Positions 41,243 to 50,925 of a stretch of 64,000 nt of DNA are shown piece by piece. The translations under genes and the position numbers were made by a program. The notes under the pieces were generated by a model, which saw only the letters and a list, made by a program, of their open reading frames with translations, did not search any database and was not told the DNA's origin. This stretch comes from an uncultured Bacteroidales bacterium (GTDB lineage Bacteria; Bacteroidota; Bacteroidia; Bacteroidales; UBA932), in the NCBI GenBank assembly GCA_946185745.1, contig CAMHKQ010000003.1:1742-65741 (forward strand). Reading direction: 5' to 3'. Position 1 is the stretch's first letter, and every line of letters begins with the position of its first letter.

Positions 41243-42067
41243 TTATTTCTTTCTTCTTTCAATTATGAACTTGTTGGAAGTGGCCTTCGGGTTGCGGGTC
41301 TTGTAGCCCTTTGCGGGGAGACCCTTGCGCGAACGCGGATGTCCGCCGGAGGCACGTCCTTCACCACCGCCCATCGGGTGGTCGTGCGGGTTCATGACGA
41401 CGCCGCGGTTGTGCGGCCTGCGACCCAGATGACGGGGACGTCCTGCCTTACCGTCGCTCTCGAGGTTGTGGTCTCCGTTGGAGACGATACCTACGGTGGC
41501 GCGGCAGCTGACGGTTACCATGCGGGTTTCGCCGGAGGGCAGACGAAGCACTGCGTAGTTGCCCTCACGGGCGGCAAGCTGTGCATAGGTGCCTGCGGAG
41601 CGCGCCATAGCGGCGCCCTGGCCGGGACGAAGCTCGATGTTGTGAACCTGGGTACCAACAGGAATTTCGCTGAGGGGAAGGCAGTTGCCGATTTCGGGGG
41701 CAACACCCTTGCCGGAAGCGATGACCTGACCGACCTGAATCTTGTCGGGAGCGATGATGTAACGATACTCGCCGTCCTCATACTGGACGAGGGCGATGCG
41801 TGCACTGCGGTTGGGGTCGTACTCGATGGTACGGACGGTAGCGGTGCAGTTGTCCTTGTTGCGGAGGAAGTCGATGACGCGGTACATCCTCTTGTGACCG
41901 CCGCCTATATAGCGCATCGTGAGCTGGCCGGTGTTGTTGCGGCCGCCGGTGCGGTGCAGGGGCTCGAGCAATGACTTGTGGGGCTTGTCCGTCGTGATTT
42001 CGGCGAACGTGCTGATGACCTTGTTCCTCTGTCCGGGAGTGGTCGGTTTGAATTTCTTTACTGCCAT
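41243..42067 (-). CDS. rplB: 50S ribosomal protein L2
   Basis: [30 protein letters not shown]. Confidence 0.98.
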   Translation of the reverse strand: MAVKKFKPTTPGQRNKVISTFAEITTDKPHKSLLEPLHRTGGRNNTGQLTMRYIGGGHKRMYRVIDFLRNKDNCTATVRTIEYDPNRSARIALVQYEDGEYRYIIAPDKIQVGQVIASGKGVAPEIGNCLPLSEIPVGTQVHNIELRPGQGAAMARSAGTYAQLAAREGNYAVLRLPSGETRMVTVSCRATVGIVSNGDHNLESDGKAGRPRHLGRRPHNRGVVMNPHDHPMGGGEGRASGGHPRSRKGLPAKGYKTRNPKATSNKFIIERRKK

Positions 42068-42078
42068 TGTCTTACCTC

Positions 42079-42369
42079 CTATATATTAGCGTAGAAGTCG
42101 ATCTTGTCTTCCCCTGCAAGGGTGACGTATGCCTTCTTGAAGTGGTTCGTACGGCCGCGGAGAATGCCGCTCTTGGAGAAACGGCTCTTGCGCTTGCCGT
42201 GGTAGTTGATGGTGTTCACGTCTGCAACGGATACTCCATACATCTTCTCCACTGCATCCTTGATCTGAAGCTTGTTGGCGTCGCGGTCGACCACGAAGCC
42301 ATAACGGTTCAACTTTTCGCCCTGAACCGTGAGCTTCTCAGTAACTATTGGCTTAATAATGATTCCCAT
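42079..42369 (-). CDS. rplW: 50S ribosomal protein L23
   Basis: [25 protein letters not shown]. Confidence 0.96.
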   Translation of the reverse strand: MGIIIKPIVTEKLTVQGEKLNRYGFVVDRDANKLQIKDAVEKMYGVSVADVNTINYHGKRKSRFSKSGILRGRTNHFKKAYVTLAGEDKIDFYANI

Positions 42370-42381
42370 TTCTTGTAGAAT

Positions 42382-43008
42382 TTATTTTTTCCTTTCTGCA
42401 AGAATGTCCTGTACGCCGTCCACCAGAACCACAGAATTCGCATTCATAATGGCGTAGGTGTTGATTTCGTCGACAGTGATGACATTCACATAAGGAAGGT
42501 TACGGGAAGAAAGGAAGATATTGTCGGAGTTCTGCGGCAGGACGAAGAGAACCTTGCGGTCTCCGGCCTTGAGTGCAGAAAGGATGCCTGCAAATTCCTT
42601 GGTCTTGGGAGCGTCCATGGCGAACGGCTCGACGACCTTGAGGGCGTTCTCCTTAACTTTATAAGAGAGAGCTGAGCAACGTGCGAGGGATTTGACCTTC
42701 TTGTTGAGCTTGCCGCCGTACCAGCGGGGCTTGGGACCGAAGATGCTGCCGCCGCCTACATAGGTACCGGCCTTGATGGAACCGTGACGTGCACCGCCGC
42801 CGCCTTTCTGGCGACCCATTTTCTTGGTGCTGTAGGAAACTTCGCTGCGGTCCTTGCTCTTGGCGTTGCCATGACGCTGATGCGCGAGATACTGGATGAC
42901 GTCGAGATAGATGGCGTGATCGTTGGGTTCGATGCCGAAAACGGCGTCGTCGAGGACGACCTGCTTTCCGGAATCGGTACCGTCTATTTTAAGTACGTTC
43001 AGATTCAT
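42382..43008 (-). CDS. rplD: 50S ribosomal protein L4
   Basis: RQKGGGGARHGS, GGGSIFGPKPR, SRNLP. Confidence 0.97.
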   Translation of the reverse strand: MNLNVLKIDGTDSGKQVVLDDAVFGIEPNDHAIYLDVIQYLAHQRHGNAKSKDRSEVSYSTKKMGRQKGGGGARHGSIKAGTYVGGGSIFGPKPRWYGGKLNKKVKSLARCSALSYKVKENALKVVEPFAMDAPKTKEFAGILSALKAGDRKVLFVLPQNSDNIFLSSRNLPYVNVITVDEINTYAIMNANSVVLVDGVQDILAERKK

Positions 43009-43011
43009 GGT

Positions 43012-43635
43012 TTAAGCCTCCAAAATAAGATATGAACCCCTGGCTCCGGGAACGGAACCCTTGACGATGAGAAGATTGTTCTCGGGAATGATCTTGATGA
43101 CCTGAAGGTTGAAGACCTTCACCCTCTCCTGCCCCATGTGGCCGGCCATACGCATTCCGGGAAGAACGCGGGAAGGCCAGGAGGATGCTCCCATAGAACC
43201 CGGGTGACGCAGGCGGTCGGACTGACCGTGGGTCGTGCCGCCGACACCATTGAAGTGGTAGCGGTGAACGACACCCTGGAAACCCTTACCTTTAGAAGTG
43301 CCGACGACATCGACGAAGGGAACGTCCTTGAAAACGTCCTCGACGGTTACGGTGTCGCCCAATTTGAGCTCCTTGGCGAAGTCTGCCTCAAATTCGACAA
43401 GCTTGCGCCTGGGGGTTACGCCGGCTTTGGCGAAGTGCCCCTTGAGCGGTGCGCTGGTGTGCTTTTCTGTGGTTTCGTCATAGGCAAGCTGCACGGCCTC
43501 GTACTTATCCTTTTCGAGTGTGCGGATTTGCGTGACAACGCACGGACCAGCCTCGATGACAGTGCATGGAAGGTTCTTTCCATCAGCACTGAAGACGGAA
43601 GTCATTCCGACTTTTTTTCCAATTAATCCAGGCAT
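43012..43635 (-). CDS. rplC: 50S ribosomal protein L3
   Basis: [24 protein letters not shown]. Confidence 0.98.
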   Translation of the reverse strand: MPGLIGKKVGMTSVFSADGKNLPCTVIEAGPCVVTQIRTLEKDKYEAVQLAYDETTEKHTSAPLKGHFAKAGVTPRRKLVEFEADFAKELKLGDTVTVEDVFKDVPFVDVVGTSKGKGFQGVVHRYHFNGVGGTTHGQSDRLRHPGSMGASSWPSRVLPGMRMAGHMGQERVKVFNLQVIKIIPENNLLIVKGSVPGARGSYLILEA

Positions 43636-43687
43636 TGGTTTGTTTGTTAATTAATTGTTTGATACTTAACCCCAAAATTTGGGGCTG

Positions 43688-43718
43688 CAAAGATACGATT
43701 TATTTTTCAAAATGCAAG
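43688..43718 (-). promoter_or_regulatory. Promoter directly upstream of rplC (no rpsJ)
   Basis: CTTG-19 nt-TATCTTTG on - strand; divergent TATCTTTG at 43745-43752 serves dacA. Confidence 0.75.
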
Positions 43719-43758
43719 TGCATTAAAAAAATATTAATTTGTAGTATCTTTGCATTGT

Positions 43759-44583
43759 ATGATTCCACTTGAAATCTTCGGGTTCCTGAAACTCTCCTTC
43801 ATAGACGTGCTCGACATCGTAATGGTGGCGGCCATCATCTACATCGCATTCCGCTGGCTCAGGGGTTCCAGCGCCCTCAACATCCTCATCGCCATAGTGG
43901 CGCTGTTCCTCCTCCGCTTCGTGGCGGTGGCCCTGGGCATGAAGCTCATGAGCGCGATACTCGACACCGTCATCAACCTGGGAGCGATAGCCCTCATCAT
44001 CATTTTCCAGCCGGAGATACGCCAGTTCCTCAGCACGCTGGGGCGCTCCACCGGCCTCAGGACCAGGGACGGCAGCAACCGCAACTGGTTCGACCGGCTT
44101 CTGGGCAAGAACAGGCACGTGCTCGACAAGCAGGCCATACAGGAAATCACCCAGGCCTGCAGGGACATGGCCGAATCCAAGACCGGCGCCCTAATCGTGA
44201 TCAGGCACAAGAACCCCCTCCAGAACGTGATAGACACCGGCGACCGCATAGACGCCGACATCAAGTGCAGGCTGATGGAAAACATCTTCTTCAAGAATTC
44301 CCCCCTGCACGACGGGGCCATGATAATAGGCGGCGGCCGCATCATCGCGGCGCGCTGCACCCTCCCCATGACGGAACGCACCGACCTCCCGCCCATGTAC
44401 GGCATGCGCCACAAGTCGGCCGTGGGCATCTCGGAAAGGAGCGACGCCGACGTCATAGTGGTCAGCGAGCAGAGGGGTACGATCTCCTTCTGCCGGGAAG
44501 GGGTTCTCCAGCCCATCAACAACATCAACGAACTCAAACTCCTCCTGGAGCCGCAGACGAAGGAAGATGAAGACAGAGAGTAA
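43759..44583 (+). CDS. dacA: Diadenylate cyclase CdaA/DacA
   Basis: Three N-terminal TMs; IIIFQPEIR, TGALIV, PLHDGAMII, GMRHKSA. Confidence 0.9.
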   Translation: MIPLEIFGFLKLSFIDVLDIVMVAAIIYIAFRWLRGSSALNILIAIVALFLLRFVAVALGMKLMSAILDTVINLGAIALIIIFQPEIRQFLSTLGRSTGLRTRDGSNRNWFDRLLGKNRHVLDKQAIQEITQACRDMAESKTGALIVIRHKNPLQNVIDTGDRIDADIKCRLMENIFFKNSPLHDGAMIIGGGRIIAARCTLPMTERTDLPPMYGMRHKSAVGISERSDADVIVVSEQRGTISFCREGVLQPINNINELKLLLEPQTKEDEDRE

Positions 44584-47023
44584 GCTCGGATTCGACCGCG
44601 TGCGGCAGATGATATCGGACCGCTGCAGCACCGACTATGCCGCCCGGCGCACCGCGGAGGAGGAGTTCAGCACCGATGCCGCCGAAATCCGGCACCGCCT
44701 GCAGCTCACCGACGAGATGAGGGTGGTGCTCATGTTCGAGGAGAACTTCCCCACCAGCGGCTACATCGACGCCATAGGTTTCCTCAAACCACTGGAACAG
44801 AGCGGGTTCCATATCGACGTGCTGGGCCTGGGCAAGCTCAAGACCCTGCTCGACACCACACGCCGCACCACCGCATTCTTCGGCAGCATCAAGGACGGCA
44901 TCTACCCCAACCTCAAGAGGATGGCGGCCCCGGTGATGAGTTTCCCCGAGGTGCTGCGCCGCATAGAGGTCATTCTCGACAAATACGGCGAAATAAAAGA
45001 CTCCGCCTCCGCCGATCTTCAGGACATCCGCCGCAGGCTGAAAACCAAGGAGGCCTCCCTCTCCAAGAAGGCGCAGGCGGTGCTCAAGGCCGCCCAGGAC
45101 GCCGGATACGCCGAGCCCGACACCGGGATCTCCATAAGGGACGGCAAATACCTGGTGCCGGTAGCGGCAGCCCACAAGAAAAAAATCCCCGGCTACGTGT
45201 TCGACGAGTCGGCCACCGGAAAGACCAGTTTCGTGGAGCCGGTGGAGGTAATCGAGCTGGAGAACGAAATAAACGCCCTCCGCGCCGACGAGGCCAGGGA
45301 AATCGAGCGCATCCTCATAGATTTCACCGATTTCCTGCGCCCCTACATTCCCGAACTCGTCAAGTCGGCGGAGTTCATCGGCGAGCTCGACTTCATAATG
45401 GCCAAGGCCCGCACCGCCATGGACTTCCGCGCCGGCATGCCCATCATCTCAGAAGACGGCAACCTGCGCCTGCGCAAGGCCAGGCACCCGCTGCTCGAAA
45501 GGGCTCTCGCCAAGGAAGGCAGGAAGATGGTTCCGGTGAGCCTGGGCCTATCGCCAGAAAAGCACATCCTGCTCATTTCCGGCCCCAACGCGGGCGGCAA
45601 GAGCGTCTGCCTCAAGACCGCCGGGCTGCTGCAGTACATGTTCCAGTGGGGCATGCTGATCCCCACCTCCGAAACATCGGAACTGCCTGTATTCAAAGAC
45701 ATTATGCTCAGCATCGGGGACGACCAGAGCCTCGAGAACGACCTCTCCACCTACTCCTCCTTCCTCGTGGAAATGAAGGAGATGCTCGCCTCGGCGGATT
45801 CTTCCACCATGGTGCTGATAGACGAATTCGGTTCCGGCACCGAGCCGGCCGCCGGCGGAGCCATAGCCGAAGCCATCCTGGCAGAGCTGGACAAACGGGG
45901 GGTCTACGGCGTTATTACGACCCACTACACCAACCTGAAACTCTACGCCTCCGGCTCGAAAACCGGGGTGGTCAACGGCGCGATGCAGTTCGACGCGGCG
46001 CGGATACAGCCCCTCTTCCAGCTCGAAATCGGGCTTCCGGGCAACTCCTTCGCCTTCGAAATGGCCCGCAAGACCGGCCTCCCCGAGCCCATCGTGAAAG
46101 ATGCCGAAACCCGCGCGGGCGAAGAATATGTAGGAATCGAACGGAACCTGCGCCGGATAGTCCGCAACCGCCGGGCCCTCGACGAGAAGCTCATGAAGGT
46201 GAAACACACCGACAAGGAGCTGGCTCAGGCCGTCGAAGAATACCAGAAGGAACTCGAAGAACTCCAGCAGGAGAGGAAACAGATACTCGACGCCGCCCAT
46301 CGCGAGGCCGAAAAGATAGTGAAAGGGGCCGGCAGCCAGGTGGAGCGCACGATCAGGGTGATACGCGAGAGCCAGGCCGACAAGACACGCACCAAGGAGG
46401 CGCGCGAGGAGCTCCAGGGCTTCCTCGGCGCCCTGGCCCAGAAGAAGACCAAGGACGAATACATCGAGCGCAAGATGGAGAAGCTCGGCCGCAAGAACGC
46501 GAAAAAGCCCGGGAAGGCGGCGCCTGCAGCCGTCGCGCCCCGCCGCGGAGAGCCGCTCAAGCTGGGCGAAAAAGTGCGCGTGAAGGCCAGCGGAATGGTG
46601 GGCGAAGTGGCCAAGGTCTCCTCGAAAAACGTCACCATCATAATCGGCAACATCTCCAGCACCATGTCTCCGGACGGCCTGGAGAGGATATCTTCCAACG
46701 AATACAACGAGGCTGCCAGGCGCAGTTTCAACAAGCCCAGGGCCAAGGCGGATCCGGGGCTGGCCGAAAGGCGGCTGGGCTTCAAGCCCGAGCTGGACGT
46801 CCGCGGCGAAAGGCTGTCGGACGCCCTCGACATAGTGATGCATTACGTGGACGACGCCATCATGGTGGGAGTCCCTTCCGTGCGCATCATCCACGGCAAG
46901 GGCACCGGCGCCCTCCACGAAGAGATACAGAAATACCTGAGAACCGTTCCCGGAGTGGCCAGGGTGGCCGATGAAGACGTGCGGCACGGGGGCTCGGGCG
47001 TAACCATAGTGACATTCGACTGA
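44567..47023 (+). CDS. mutS2: MutS2 family ATPase with Smr domain
   Basis: ISGPNAGGKS, IGDDQS, DEFGSGTEP, TTHY; C-terminal LDVRG..IIHGKGTGAL. Confidence 0.95.
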   Translation: MKTESKLGFDRVRQMISDRCSTDYAARRTAEEEFSTDAAEIRHRLQLTDEMRVVLMFEENFPTSGYIDAIGFLKPLEQSGFHIDVLGLGKLKTLLDTTRRTTAFFGSIKDGIYPNLKRMAAPVMSFPEVLRRIEVILDKYGEIKDSASADLQDIRRRLKTKEASLSKKAQAVLKAAQDAGYAEPDTGISIRDGKYLVPVAAAHKKKIPGYVFDESATGKTSFVEPVEVIELENEINALRADEAREIERILIDFTDFLRPYIPELVKSAEFIGELDFIMAKARTAMDFRAGMPIISEDGNLRLRKARHPLLERALAKEGRKMVPVSLGLSPEKHILLISGPNAGGKSVCLKTAGLLQYMFQWGMLIPTSETSELPVFKDIMLSIGDDQSLENDLSTYSSFLVEMKEMLASADSSTMVLIDEFGSGTEPAAGGAIAEAILAELDKRGVYGVITTHYTNLKLYASGSKTGVVNGAMQFDAARIQPLFQLEIGLPGNSFAFEMARKTGLPEPIVKDAETRAGEEYVGIERNLRRIVRNRRALDEKLMKVKHTDKELAQAVEEYQKELEELQQERKQILDAAHREAEKIVKGAGSQVERTIRVIRESQADKTRTKEAREELQGFLGALAQKKTKDEYIERKMEKLGRKNAKKPGKAAPAAVAPRRGEPLKLGEKVRVKASGMVGEVAKVSSKNVTIIIGNISSTMSPDGLERISSNEYNEAARRSFNKPRAKADPGLAERRLGFKPELDVRGERLSDALDIVMHYVDDAIMVGVPSVRIIHGKGTGALHEEIQKYLRTVPGVARVADEDVRHGGSGVTIVTFD

Positions 47024-47025
47024 GC

Positions 47026-47394
47026 ATGGACAGGCGCGAAACCGGAAAACGCGGGGAAGATGCGGCAGCGCAGTGGCTCTCCGCCCGCGGGCACAGGATC
47101 CTGGACCGGAACTGGAGGGGAGGAAGAGTGGAGCTGGACATTGTGTCCGAAGACGCTTCGGGCATTCATTTTGTAGAGGTAAAAAGCCGCAAGGCGCCTC
47201 TCACGGCCGACCCTGCAGTCAATGTCAACATGTTGAAAATGAAGAATTTGCAGTCTGCAGCACAGCGCTGGCTCCACTCCCATGCGGGTTTTCATCCGCT
47301 GGAAGTATTCTTCGACGTGATTACAGTAGTATTCGATTCCGAAACCACATACCTGAACTATTATCCACAAGCATTCATTCCGATACATGTCTAA
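47026..47394 (+). CDS. YraN family (UPF0102) PD-(D/E)xK protein
   Basis: GKRGEDAA, RNWR..ELDIV, FVEVKSR. Confidence 0.88.
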   Translation: MDRRETGKRGEDAAAQWLSARGHRILDRNWRGGRVELDIVSEDASGIHFVEVKSRKAPLTADPAVNVNMLKMKNLQSAAQRWLHSHAGFHPLEVFFDVITVVFDSETTYLNYYPQAFIPIHV

Positions 47395-48478
47395 CTATTG
47401 CGTCATACTTGCCGGCGGTTCGAGCACCAGCTTCTGGCCGATCAGCCGGGAAGACCGTCCCAAAGAACTGGTCCGGTCCGAAAGCACCGGGAAATCCTTC
47501 CTGATGCAGACGTACAACAGGATGCTGGGTCTCTTCCCGGCAGAAAACATATACATAGCGACGCTTTACCGCCTCAAGGAGCTCATAATGGAGCAGCTCC
47601 CGCAGCTCGGCGAAGAACAGCTCATCCTGGAACCCTACAGCCGCAACACCGCACCCGCCATCGCTTTTTCGACCTACAAGATCCTCGCTAAAGACCCTGA
47701 CGCCGTAATCGTAACCGCGCCCACCGACCAGCAGATCAGGAACTCGGAGGCCTTCGGGGAGGCGATAGGCAAAGCCATCGACTACGTTTCCAAGTACGAC
47801 GTGCTGCTGGCCCTCGGCATAGTGCCCACCAGCCCGGACACCCATTTCGGCTACGTCCAGGTTGAAGGCGGACGCGACGCCTACAAGGCCGGAGTCCCCA
47901 TCAAGGCAAGGACTTTCACCGAAAAGCCCTCCGCCGAGCTGGCAAGGGTTTTCATCGAAAGCGGCGAATTCCTGTGGAACTCCGGTATATTCGTAGGAAA
48001 AGCATCGAAAATACACGAAGAAATGCAGGTCTGCTGCCCCGAAATCACCATGCCCTGGAAAGGATGGCAGAATTACATGGGTACCCCGCAGGAGAGCAGT
48101 TTCGTGGAAAGGGTGTATACCGACAGCCCCAAGATCTCCATCGACTATGCCGTGCTTGAAAAGAGCGGGAGACTGTGGGTGCTTCCCTCCCTCTTCGACT
48201 GGAGCGACGTAGGCGACTTCAATTCGCTCTACGAGAACTCCCCTCACAAGGACGGCGACGGCAACCTCTTATCCATAGCCGGGAAATCCCTGTTAAAAGA
48301 CGTTGACAGCAGCATAATATGGACCAACCGGCCGCGCAAGCTCACCGTCGTGCGGGGCCTGAAGGATTTCCTGGTGGTCGATTCCGACGACGTGCTGTAC
48401 ATCTGCCCGCGCGACGAAAGAATACTTCAGGACACCCAGTCCGAGCTGGCCGCTCCCGATTTCGACGATTACAGATAG
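47387..48478 (+). CDS. Mannose-1-phosphate guanylyltransferase-like protein with divergent signature
   Basis: EPYSRNTAPAIA, FTEKP, WNSGIF, SIDYAVLEK and WSDVG motifs; N-terminal signature altered. Confidence 0.8.
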   Translation: MSNYCVILAGGSSTSFWPISREDRPKELVRSESTGKSFLMQTYNRMLGLFPAENIYIATLYRLKELIMEQLPQLGEEQLILEPYSRNTAPAIAFSTYKILAKDPDAVIVTAPTDQQIRNSEAFGEAIGKAIDYVSKYDVLLALGIVPTSPDTHFGYVQVEGGRDAYKAGVPIKARTFTEKPSAELARVFIESGEFLWNSGIFVGKASKIHEEMQVCCPEITMPWKGWQNYMGTPQESSFVERVYTDSPKISIDYAVLEKSGRLWVLPSLFDWSDVGDFNSLYENSPHKDGDGNLLSIAGKSLLKDVDSSIIWTNRPRKLTVVRGLKDFLVVDSDDVLYICPRDERILQDTQSELAAPDFDDYR

Positions 48479-48486
48479 ACACCGAT

Positions 48487-50922
48487 ATGAAACTCAAATT
48501 CCTCTTTCCGGCAGTTCTCTGCCTCCTTCCGGCTCTCACGGCCATAGCCCAGCCGGACAAGGGTTCCGACAGGTACGTGACCAGGGCGAACTACACGCAG
48601 GCCGAGCGTTTCTCCCAGAAAAACGTGAACCAGATGGTCTTCTCCACTTCGGTAAGGCCGGGCTGGTTCAAGGATTCCGACAGGTTCTGGTACGGCTACA
48701 AGACCTCCGAAGGCACCAAATACTGGCTCGTAGATCCTGCGAAGGGCAGCAAGACCGAAATATTCGACATGCAGAGGCTAGCCATGCAGATTACCGAAAT
48801 AGTGCATGACCCCTTCGACGCGCAGCACCTTCCGCTCGAGAAACTGAGGCTCAGGGACGACAGCTACTTCACCTTCGACGTGAGGAGCACCGCGGATGAG
48901 AAAGATCCCGAAGACAGCACCAAAACCCGCAAGAAGATATATCATTTCAAGTACGACCTCTCCTCGAAGCAGCTTTCCCAGGTTCCCGAAGAGAAGGACC
49001 GCTATCCCCGCTGGGCCTGCGTCTGCCCCGACGGCACCATGGGCGTCTACGCCAAAGAGAGCAATCTCTGGTGGATGGACTCCACGAGCCTCCGCAAGGC
49101 GGCCAAGGACCCGAAGGACACCACCATCGTGGAGCACCGCATAACTTCCGACGGAGTGCGCCAGAACGGCTACGGCTTCGACAATTACAAAGGTGACAAC
49201 GGCGAGGATCCCAAGGAGAGGCATTACCCCGGAGAAATGGCCTGGAGCCCCGACGGCACCCATTTCGCCGTCCTGAAATGGGACGTTACTAAACTCAAGG
49301 ACATGTGGGTAATCCACTCCGTGAAGCAACCCCGCCCCACCCTCGAGACCTACAAGTACCAGATGCCGGGAGAGGAAGGCCCCAGGGGCACCCTGCTGGT
49401 GTTCTCCAAAGCCGACACCACCTGGACCCCGCAGGAAGTGAAGACCTATGCCTTCAAGAGCCAGGACATGAGCCTCTACAGGGCCGAGCGCACTCCCGCC
49501 GATGCTTATAAAGACTACTATTCTCCCGTCTGGCTGGGCGACGACAACGGCTTCTACATGCAGCGGCTCAGCCGCGACATCAAGCGCCTCGACGTCTGCC
49601 ATGTGGCCGTAGGGGCCGACTCTACCAAAACCATAATCTCCGAAAGGTCAAATACTTACGTGGAGTACAGGAACCTCCGTGAAACTCCGCAGGGGCTCCT
49701 CTTCTGGAGCGAGCGCAACGGCTGGGCGAACATCTACCTTTACGGCAAGGACGGCACGCTGAAGAAGAATCTTACCGACGGTCCGTGGCACGTGGAGGAC
49801 GTGCTTGCCGTGGGCAAGGATTATCTGCTCGTGAGCGCCTGCGGCCTCGACCCCGATGAAAACCCGTACCAGATGCATACCTACAGGGTGACCTTCACCG
49901 GCGGCAAGCCCCAGCGGCTCGACATGCCCGACATGGACGTGGACGCTGCCGCCAGCTACGACGCCAAATGGTTCGTGGCCAACTATTCCCGCGTGGACGC
50001 CAAGCCCGCCACGGCGCTCTACGACGCCTCCGGAAAGAAGGTGCTCGATCTGGAAGAGGCCGATTTCACCAACCTGTTCGCCGCCGGGTACAAGTTCCCG
50101 GAGCGCTTCAAGGTAAAGGCAGCCGACGGCATAACCGATTTGTACGGAGCCATCTACAAACCTTTCGACTTCGATTCCACAAAGGTGTATCCGGTATGTG
50201 ACTACGTCTATCCCGGTCCGCAGGTCGAGGCTGTGAACATCTCCTGGAGCAAGGGCTTCACCCGCACCGACCGCCTTGCCCAGCTGGGCTTCATAGTGGT
50301 TACGGTGGGCAACCGCGGAGGCCATCCCAACCGCAGTAAATGGTATCACAACTACGGTTACGGCAATCTGCGCGACTATGGTCTCGAAGACCAGAAATAC
50401 GCCATCCAGCAGCTCTGCGCGCAGAGGCCTTACATGGACGTGACCCGCGTGGGCATCCACGGCCACAGCGGCGGAGGCTTCATGAGCACCGCGGCCATCT
50501 TCACCTATCCCGACTTCTTCAAGGCGGCGGTGTCCTGCTCCGGCAACCACGACAACTCCATCTACAACCGCTGGTGGAGCGAGCAGCATCACGGCATCCA
50601 GGAAAAGATAGTCAAGGGCGACACCACCTTCGTGTACAAAATAGAGAAGAACCAGGACATCGCCCGCAACCTCAGGGGGAACCTGATGCTTGTGACCGGC
50701 GACATCGACGACAACGTGCATCCCGCCAACACCATCCGCGTGGTGAATGCGCTCATGCGTGCCCACAAGCGCTTCGAGTTCGTGCTCATGCCCGAACAGC
50801 GCCACGGCTACGGCGACCTCAACGAATACTTCTTCTGGAAGATGGCGGACTTTTACACCTACTGGCTCATGGGCGACGACACCCGCAGGCCGGTGGACAT
50901 TGTAGGAATGAACAACGATTAA
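48487..50922 (+). CDS. S9 family (DPP IV-like) peptidase, exported
   Basis: Signal peptide; beta-propeller region; YPGPQ, GHSGGG nucleophile, DDNVH, HGY. Confidence 0.88.
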   Translation: MKLKFLFPAVLCLLPALTAIAQPDKGSDRYVTRANYTQAERFSQKNVNQMVFSTSVRPGWFKDSDRFWYGYKTSEGTKYWLVDPAKGSKTEIFDMQRLAMQITEIVHDPFDAQHLPLEKLRLRDDSYFTFDVRSTADEKDPEDSTKTRKKIYHFKYDLSSKQLSQVPEEKDRYPRWACVCPDGTMGVYAKESNLWWMDSTSLRKAAKDPKDTTIVEHRITSDGVRQNGYGFDNYKGDNGEDPKERHYPGEMAWSPDGTHFAVLKWDVTKLKDMWVIHSVKQPRPTLETYKYQMPGEEGPRGTLLVFSKADTTWTPQEVKTYAFKSQDMSLYRAERTPADAYKDYYSPVWLGDDNGFYMQRLSRDIKRLDVCHVAVGADSTKTIISERSNTYVEYRNLRETPQGLLFWSERNGWANIYLYGKDGTLKKNLTDGPWHVEDVLAVGKDYLLVSACGLDPDENPYQMHTYRVTFTGGKPQRLDMPDMDVDAAASYDAKWFVANYSRVDAKPATALYDASGKKVLDLEEADFTNLFAAGYKFPERFKVKAADGITDLYGAIYKPFDFDSTKVYPVCDYVYPGPQVEAVNISWSKGFTRTDRLAQLGFIVVTVGNRGGHPNRSKWYHNYGYGNLRDYGLEDQKYAIQQLCAQRPYMDVTRVGIHGHSGGGFMSTAAIFTYPDFFKAAVSCSGNHDNSIYNRWWSEQHHGIQEKIVKGDTTFVYKIEKNQDIARNLRGNLMLVTGDIDDNVHPANTIRVVNALMRAHKRFEFVLMPEQRHGYGDLNEYFFWKMADFYTYWLMGDDTRRPVDIVGMNND

Positions 50923-50925
50923 AAT

